This document shows positions 55,408 through 64,000 of a stretch of 64,000 nucleotides of DNA, piece by piece. The notes beneath the pieces were generated by a model that saw nothing but the letters and a program-made list of their open reading frames with translations, was not told the origin of the DNA and did not search any database. Made by a program: the position numbers and the translations under genes. Source of the stretch: Eledone cirrhosa (Eukaryota); NCBI GenBank assembly GCA_964016885.1, contig OZ024750.1, positions 53,878,001-53,942,000 of the forward strand, in the 5' to 3' direction. Position 1 is the first letter of the stretch. Each line of letters starts with the position of its first letter.

Positions 55408-55411
55408 GTAT

Positions 55412-56465
55412 ATCCCAAATGTAAACAATGGGTACACAAGAGATGTAGCGGGATCTCAGGAAGCTTAATTTAGAATGTAGGATTCACATGCAGCAGCTGT
55501 GCTGGGACAGCAAGCAGCAAACAGCCACAGGAAACAAGTACCACCAATCTCTGGGAGGGCCCTGTAGAAACAGTAGACAGCTTCTGCTACCTAGGTGACC
55601 GAATTAGCAGCGGAGGTGGGTGTTCAGAAAGTACAATAACTAGGGTAAGAACGGGATGGAAGAAGTTTAGGGAACTACTACCACTGCTAGCTGCAAAAGG
55701 CTTCTCCCTCAGAATGAAAGGCAGACTGTATGATGCATGTATCCGAACAGCAATGTTGCATGGTAGTGAGACCTGGGCGCTGAAGGTGGAAGACTTACGG
55801 AGATTAGAGAGAAACGAAGCCTGCATGCTCCGATGGATGTGTAACAGTAATATACGTGAACGACAAAGCATAAATGAATTGAGAGAGAGACTGAGCATAA
55901 GAGGAATCAAATGCTGTGTACAGGAGAGGCGGTTGCGCTGGTATGGACATGTGATGCATATGAAGGATGACAGCTGCATAAAAAGGTGCAGAGCACTAGA
56001 AGTTGATGGAAACCGCGGAGTGGGGAGACCCAAGATGACCTGGGATGAGGTGATAAAAGCCGACCTTACCCAATTACACCTCTCAAAGACAATGACACAC
56101 GACCGTGACCTCTGGCGTCACGCAGTAATACAGAGTACCCGACCTCCGATGGGTACAAGCTGAAGCATATAGACAATATGCCCCCACACCCCCCACCGCA
56201 AGGTGGTCGTGGAGGTGCCACGGCAAAAAAGCACCCAGCCCACACTGTAAAGTGGACGTGTAGGCGCCACGAAAAAGCACCCAGCACTCACTGTAAATGA
56301 GGTTGGTGTTAGGAAGGGCATCCAGCTGTAGAAATCAAGCCAAATCAGTTCCTGTATGAGCAAAGCATGGTCAGCCGACCAGACACTGCCCACAACAGGA
56401 CAACCCGTCTAACCCATGCTAGCGTGGAAGAACGGACGTAAAACGGTGATGATGATGATGATGAT
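55412..56465 (+). mobile_element. 5'-truncated RTE LINE (family C)
   Basis: [33 protein letters not shown]; own 3' UTR; (GAT)n tail. Confidence 0.9.
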
Positions 56466-57150
56466 ATATATATATGAATAAAGTTAGTCCTTCATCAGTG
56501 ATCTTCCAACCATCATTGGTATTTCATCGCTTTAAAGACCATATACCTCCGGTTGGTGCGAGCAACGGCTAAAAAAAGTCGTTGGGACACGTAAATAAAG
56601 GGGACACGAGTGTAAACAAACAAAGATGGTGAAGCAACGAAAAGTGATGAAGAAGGAGTCAAGTCCCAAATTTCTATGAATTTAAATTCTGTGAAATCGT
56701 GAACGAGAGAGAATAAAGACCATCAAACCTGGTTGGAATGTGAGCAAGGAAGGAATTCCGTACAGGTCTAACGGGAGGAAGAAGGGGTCTAGTCTGTGAA
56801 TTCGGTGAACGTAAGTTCTGTGAAATCGTAGACGAGAGAGAGAAAAAAAGCAACCTGCCAGACCAAGAGTGCGAAAGAAAAGAATTACGCACAGGTCAAA
56901 CGGGAAGAAGGAGGAGGAGGAGAGGTAGTAACAGAGAATGAGTGAGTGAAGGTTGAGGAAGAGGCTAACAGAGAGACTGACTGCTAGAGAGGGTAAAGAT
57001 ACAGAGAAAGAGGAAGCAGTAAGAACGAAATAGGCGGGAAACAGCGGGGGAAAAAAATATGTGTAAATATGAGAATAAACGTGCTGCGGGGTGCTAATAT
57101 ATATATATATATATAGTTAAAAGAATAGAGGTGTAACACACAAGTTATTA

Positions 57151-57542
57151 TATATTGGTAAACGGAATAGAAAATGCTGACAAATTGTTCACAGTTGAAA
57201 AATGGTTTAATTAGGAATAAAAGAGTATTAGTGATTGTATGGGTTAGTATTCAGTTGTGGTTTTAAGTTTTTAAGTTTTTACCGGTTGCGCATTTCTAAA
57301 TGCTTTTCAAAAATAATTTTGAGATAGAGTGTCCGTGCTGTTTGCTCAGATCAGAGCAAACAGCACGGACACTCTATCTCAAAAATATTTTTGAAAAGCA
57401 TTTAGAAATGCGAAACCAGTAAAAACTTAAAAACTTAAAACCACAACTGAATACTAACCCATACAATCACTAATACTCTTTTATTCCTAATTAAACCATT
57501 TCTCAACTGTGAACAATTTGTCAGCATTATCTATCCCGTTTA

Positions 57543-57550
<8 letters not shown>
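57151..57550. repeat. ~400-bp palindrome (arms ~197 bp) of a probable PLE 3' end with a U3-A8 HHR-like motif in each arm
   Basis: Centre tttgctc-agatca-gagcaaa at 57341-57360; UUGAAAA-GCAUU uaga AAUGC-GAAA-CCRG-UA at 57391-57421. Confidence 0.85.
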
Positions 57551-57582
<32 letters not shown>

Positions 57583-57738
57583 TATATACAGTATTTTCCG
57601 TTGTGTTGTAATATAAATATTACACACAGTAGATTATCAGCTCACGTAGAGTTTGCTCGACGGTTTCAGTTGTAGTTCCAAAAGTAATCCGGAGAAAAAT
57701 AGAAAGATTTGAATGGATACAGTTTAGTTGAAAGGAAT

Positions 57739-57858
57739 TTATTGACACGTGTTTCTATAACAGTTACATAACCTAAAACAGCTGCTATCTACAAACTTTT
57801 AGTTATGCAGACATTCAATATTTCAATGTTATTATTTACTGTCATTTCATCAGAATAA
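57739..57858 (-). ncRNA. Hammerhead with branched stem II and GUC cleavage triplet
   Basis: UUAUU-CUGAUGA-A AUGACAGU...ACUGUUAU A-GAAA-CACGUG-UC/AAUAA. Confidence 0.75.
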
Positions 57859-57889
57859 TATTACTGAGGACCTATTTAGTTTTTATAGA

Positions 57890-58345
<456 letters not shown>

Positions 58346-58732
58346 GAAATGAATATAGTTAATAAATGAAACAAATAAAACACAGGCGGCAATTTTACAG
58401 CTATATTAGGTGGAAGCGGAGAAGGTTTCAATGACAGAGATAATGAGAAAACAGATACATGTAAGAGCAGTGTGAGAAGGTTAAGGAGGGAATACATATA
58501 TATACACACACAATGTAGTCTACCTTTTGTGTAGTGTCTATACCATAGTTAGAACTCAATGTAATCTGTGAGAATGTAGTGAGATCTGGTGATTGGTTCC
58601 ATTGGATATTAGGTACGTACGTAACTCATAGGTTTGTATTTCACTGAATCTTTTAGATACAGAGTCTGATATATGATATAATAGTTTAACAATGATGACA
58701 AAGGCAAGTTATTTTACATATCTCATTCATTG

Positions 58733-58939
58733 TTTTACGATTGTTTGGGAGTGTTGATCATATTGATATATTGACTGATCTATAGCAGTTATAGAACTGT
58801 GTACTATCAGACATAATATATGGGTTCGATCATACTGTCTTCTTCAAAAACAATATTATGTCTGATAGTATACAGTTCTATAACTGCTATAGATCAGTCA
58901 ATATATCAATATGATCAAACCTCCCAAACAATCGTAAAA
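58733..58939. repeat. Inverted repeat, ~87-bp arms, ~33-bp spacer
   Basis: ttttacgattgtttgggag...cagacataatat vs atattatgtctg...ctcccaaacaatcgtaaaa. Confidence 0.85.
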
Positions 58940-59070
58940 TAGACATTAAATGATGATGATGATGACATATACAAATATATAAACATATATATAATATGTG
59001 TGAGTGTTTATATATGTGTATATATATTTGTATATGTGTATAAATATATGTATGTGTATATATATGTATA

Positions 59071-59565
59071 CTAGCAGTGGTACCCGGCTTTGCACGGGAT
59101 AAGGTATTTTGGAACGTGGGCCGCCAACAGACCTAATCGTGGAAAAACTGCATGCCTGAACAATATGTAAAGAAAATAAACCGAATACTCTGATGCCTGG
59201 ATAATCTTTAAGATTTTCCTCAATGAAGCAGGAAAAATGCAGGTTTTCACCTAAAGTGGGCCCTAGAGGATCAAGAAAATGAATTTTTTTTATGTGCATA
59301 ATATGCCTTGAAATTTCAGGAAAATCGGTCTGACGTAACGCCTCAAAAAACCCTAAAAAGCTGAAAAAACGCAGTTTTTCACCTAATGTGGGTCCTAGGG
59401 AATCAAAAACTTGAATTTTTTATGTGCATAACACTCCCTGAAACATAAGTAATACACATGTAAAGTTTGAAAAACATCGGTTGGGTACTTCTCGAGTTTT
59501 AGGGATTGAAACTCACAGACACACACACACGCACAGACAGAAATCCTCTGTTTTATATATATAGA
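59071..59565 (-). mobile_element. Non-autonomous Helitron-like element
   Basis: Minus strand starts TC and ends with hairpin CCCGTGCAAAGCCGGG then CTAG; inserted between A and T; internal direct repeat. A similar 5' end may lie at ~32978-33160. Confidence 0.75.
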
Positions 59566-60490
59566 TGTGTGTGTGTATATATGTATATGTATGTGTGTGC
59601 ATGTATATATATGTGTGCGTGCATATATACATATAGAGAGAGAGAGGTGGGGGTTAAGTAGTAGCTGGTCATATGTAGAGATGTTATGCAAGATACTTGA
59701 GGTGGTTTTAGTCTAGATTGTTCTCTCAATAACAATGTTACAACAATGAAATGTTTGTCATTAAGTGTTTCTATTTCGGGATAATATTGCACCATATGGT
59801 TATGGCCAATATCATCTACCTATATACAAACATGTGCCTATTGTTGTCATACTACCAGCATATGTTGACATGCAATCACTTTTATCCCTGTGAATATATA
59901 TATATCATCTAATGTGCTTTAAATTTTGATATATAATTTTTTGTGTGTATACGCACACACACACACATATATATATACACATGGGTATATCAGTATATGC
60001 TGATACACACGTGTGTTTCGTCTTAATGCAAATAGTATGTTACTATGTGGTTACTAGCATCTACACACACAACACACACATCCATGTGGTTATTATTGTA
60101 AAAATTGTAATGCAAATAGCATATGTTAACATATGTTTACCATTCACATGTACATGTGATGTTGTTTTGTTGGTCCAATCCTTAGATCTAACCAAGGAAA
60201 CAATGTATCTATTGGTCTTTCCCTAATGCAGTCTTCTCATTGCAATTGCTGGCAAAAGGGAGCAGTATTTGAACTCAGAACATATAAAGTAATATCAGAT
60301 ACTAGCAAGCACCCTGTCTGATGTTTTAATAATCCTGCTTATCCCGTGCCTCTAGAATGATTCCTTATTTTATCATCCATGAAAGGATGATAGACAAAGT
60401 TGAATTCAGAGCAGAGATGGTCCTAAAACACCAAAAGGTATTTGACACTGAAATCACATAACAAGAGTTGTATGAGATTTCTAAATTAAA

Positions 60491-60751
60491 TTAACCCTTT
60501 TGATGCCCAACCCCCTGAAACTTACCCTGGTTATAGAATATAAAACTGTTTATTTATTTTAATGTGTATATTTATCTAAAAACCTTCCATCATAATTTTA
60601 TGTAAGAACCTCTGTCAAGTTATGTTCCAAACACCAGCTTAATAATGAGAAAGTTATATTGCTAAATCTCTCCAAATTCTTCAGTGTTTTCAATATTATC
60701 TGAAGATCATAGACATTGTTTTTCATTATAAATATATTACAAAAGTGTTAA
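60491..60751 (+). mobile_element. TTAA-ended MITE, family M1
   Basis: ttaacccttttgatgcc ... aaaagtgttaa; similar to 61524-61774. Confidence 0.65.
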
Positions 60752-61115
60752 AGGAATGCTTGTTATTGCTAGGATGGGATACAAGTGTATCTAAAGACCC
60801 AGTCTTCAACCATTTGATTATGTAAATAGTTAAGTCAATAAGCCTTTTTTTTTCTATTTTTAAAGCCATCTGAATTATGCATGTATTAATAAGACAAAGC
60901 CTGGTCACTGAGATAAGGTTTATCCCTTTAAGTCCTTAATCTAAGATGAAGGACTTAAGATCTTAGTATCCCTGTTAGATGTCTTTGGTATCCTCTTAAT
61001 TGGACATACTTACACTTATTGGGTTAATGAAGAGTAGAAGAATCATATAATTTCTGCTGGGCTTGAACCTGGCTCTTCTGAAGTGTGGTTGACATTACTG
61101 CAACACTTTGATTGG

Positions 61116-61171
<56 letters not shown>

Positions 61172-61523
61172 CTCTCTCTCTCTCTCTCTCTCACACACAC
61201 AAACACACACCCAAAGTCATAGATGTATTTTTAAAAAAACTGATATTTAATAATACAAGCATTAAGAAGGGCATCTAGTAATAAAAACCATGCAAAAAAC
61301 AATGGCAGTTCACTTATATCAAGGACCTGATAACCTCCCTAGTGTTGCTATCTGATAACCTCCCTAGTGATGGTACCAATATAAATTGCACCCAGCACAC
61401 TCTGAAAATTCATGCACACTTTACGACCTTGAAGCCTTAAACTCTCCAGGCAAGGCTCTGTGTGCAACACTGAATGGGTGTGGTGTAACAACTCGATAAG
61501 AAGAAGACTATTGGTTAAATTGT

Positions 61524-61774
61524 TTAACCCTTTTGATACCAAACTACTTGGACCTACTCTTAGATCTTTAAATATGCTTCAAGTAAACTACAAATTCCTT
61601 TGTACAATGTTGTTTATTTTAAATTGTTTATATTTACTTAAAACATTCCATCACAAAGTTATGAAAGAACCTTTGTTAGGCCATCTTATTACAAACACCA
61701 GCGGAATAATGACAATGTTAATTATATAACATAGACAGTGTCTTTCATGTGAAATATGGTGCTGTCAGGGTTAA
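61524..61774 (+). mobile_element. TTAA-ended MITE, family M1, whose right end seeds the satellite
   Basis: ttaacccttttgatacc ... gtcagggttaa. Confidence 0.65.
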
Positions 61775-64000
61775 ATAACATAGACAGTGTCTTTCATGTG
61801 AAATATGGTGCTGTCAGGGTTAAATAACATAGACAGTGTCTTTCATGTGAAATATGGTGCTGTCAGGGTTAAATAACATAGACAGTGTCTTTCATGTGAA
61901 ATATGGTGCTGTCAGGGTTAAATAACATAGACAGTGTCTTTCATGTGAAATATGGTGCTGTCAGGGTTAAATAACATAGACAGTATCTTTCATGTGAAAT
62001 ATGCTGTCAGGGTTAAATAACATAGACAGTGTCTTTCATGTGAAATATAGTGTCAGGGTTAAATAACATAGGCAGTGTCTTTCATGTGAAATATGGTGTC
62101 ATGGTTAAATAACATAGACAGTGTCTTTCATGTGAAATATGGTGCTGTCAGGGTTAAACAACATAGACAGTGTCTTTCATGTGAAATATAGTGTCAGGGT
62201 TAAATAACATAGACAGTGTCTTTCATGTGAAATATAGTGTCAGGGTTAAATAACATAGGCAGTGTCTTTCATGTGAAATATAGTGTCAGGGTTAAATAAC
62301 ATAGGCAGTGTCTTTCATGTGAAATATAGTGTCAGGGTTAAATAACATAGACAGTGTCTTTCATGTGAAATATGGTGCTGTCAGGGTTAAATAACATAGG
62401 CAGTGTCTTTCATGTGAAATATGGTGTCATGGTTAAATAACATAGACAGTGTCTTTCATGTGAAATATGGTGCTGTCAGGGTTAAATAACATAGGCAGTG
62501 TCTTTCATGTGAAATATTGTGTCAGGGTTAAATAACATAGGCAGTGTCTTTCATGTGAAATATAGTGTCAGGGTTAAATAACATAGGCAGTGTCTTTCAT
62601 GTGAAATATTGTGTCAGGGTTAAATAACATAGGCAGTGTCTTTCATGTGAAATATAGTGTCAGGGTTAAATAACATAGACAGTGTCTTTCATGTGAAATA
62701 TAGTGTCAGGGTTAAATAACATAGGCAGTGTCTTTCATGTGAAATATTGTGTCAGGGTTAAATAACATAGGCAGTGTCTTTCATGTGAAATATAGTGTCA
62801 GGGTTAAATAACATAGGCAGTGTCTTTCATGTGAAATATTGTGTCAGGGTTAAATAACATAGGCAGTGTCTTTCATGTGAAATATGCTGTCAGGGTTAAA
62901 TAACATAGGCAGTGTCTTTCATGTGAAATATGGTGCTGTCAGGGTTAAATAACATAGGCAGTGTCTTTCATGTGAAATATGCTGTCAGGGTTAAATAACA
63001 TAGACAGTGTCTTTCATGTGAAATATGGTGCTGTCAGGGTTAAATAACATAGGCAGTGTCTTTCATGTGAAATATAGTGTCAGGGTTAAATAACATAGGC
63101 AGTGTCTTTCATGTGAAATATAGTGTCAGGGTTAAATAACATAGGCAGTGTCTTTCATGTGAAATATGCTGTCAGGGTTAAATAACATAGGCAGTGTCTT
63201 TCATGTGAAATATGGTGCTGTCAGGGTTAAATAACATAGGCAGTGTCTTTCATGTGAAATATGCTGTCAGGGTTAAATAACATAGACAGTGTCTTTCATG
63301 TGAAATATGGTGCTGTCAGGGTTAAATAACATAGGCAGTGTCTTTCATGTGAAATATGGTGCTGTCAGGGTTAAATAACATAGGCAGTGTCTTTCATGTG
63401 AAATATGGTGTCATGGTTAAATAACATAGACAGTGTCTTTCATGTGAAATATGGTGCTGTCAGGGTTAAATAACATAGGCAGTGTCTTTCATGTGAAATA
63501 TAGTGTCAGGGTTAAATAACATAGACAGTGTCTTTCATGTGAAATATGGTGCTGTCAGGGTTAAATCACATAGGCAGTGTCTTTCATGTGAAATATGGTG
63601 CTGTCAGGGTTAAATAACATAGGCAGTGTCTTTCATGTGAAATATGGTGTCATGGTTAAATAACATAGACAGTGTCTTTCATGTGAAATATGGTGCTGTC
63701 AGGGTTAAATAACATAGGCAGTGTCTTTCATGTGAAATATTGTGTCAGGGTTAAATAACATAGGCAGTGTCTTTCATGTGAAATATGCTGTCAGGGTTAA
63801 ATAACATAGGCAGTGTCTTTCATGTGAAATATGGTGCTGTCAGGGTTAAATAACATAGGCAGTCTCTTTCATGTGAAATATTGTGTCAGGGTTAAATAAC
63901 ATAGGCAGTGTCTTTCATGTGAAATATGGTGCTGTCAGGGTTAAATAACATAGGCAGTGTCTTTCATGTGAAATATGCTGTCAGGGTTAAATAACATAGA
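61727..64000. repeat. 49/46-bp tandem satellite, roughly 48 copies, running off the window
   Basis: Unit aacatagRcagtgtctttcatgtgaaatatggtgctgtcagggttaaat with 3-bp-shorter variants. Confidence 0.97.

Overview
AT-rich, repeat-dense animal genomic DNA, probably an octopus or other coleoid cephalopod (inferred from the SINE/RTE content). No intact host gene is recognisable; there is one weak candidate exon near 1.2 kb, and most ORF-track entries are (TA)n translation artefacts. The window is a mosaic of retroelements clustered in (TA)n microsatellite islands: about 12 RTE-clade LINE pieces (one near full length), a Tx1/L1-type LINE in an (ATT)n tract, Penelope-like elements (PLEs), and tRNA-derived SINEs. 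It also holds a Tc1 relic, TTAA-flanked MITEs, a non-autonomous Helitron and four tandem arrays. The main unannotated signal, read by eye, is about 15 intact or near-intact type I hammerhead ribozyme (HHR) motifs plus several decayed ones, from many unrelated sequence families. They include U3-A8 core covariants, non-canonical 10.1-11.1 pairs, branched stem II inserts and palindromic stem IIIs. Best candidate system: a non-coding ~560 bp unit repeated 2.7 times (43761-45275) with one HHR per unit, i.e. a retrozyme-like element predicted to release ~563-568 nt monomer or circular RNAs. It sits among fold-back and back-to-back PLE ends inserted in (TA)n. All folds are manual and activity is untested.
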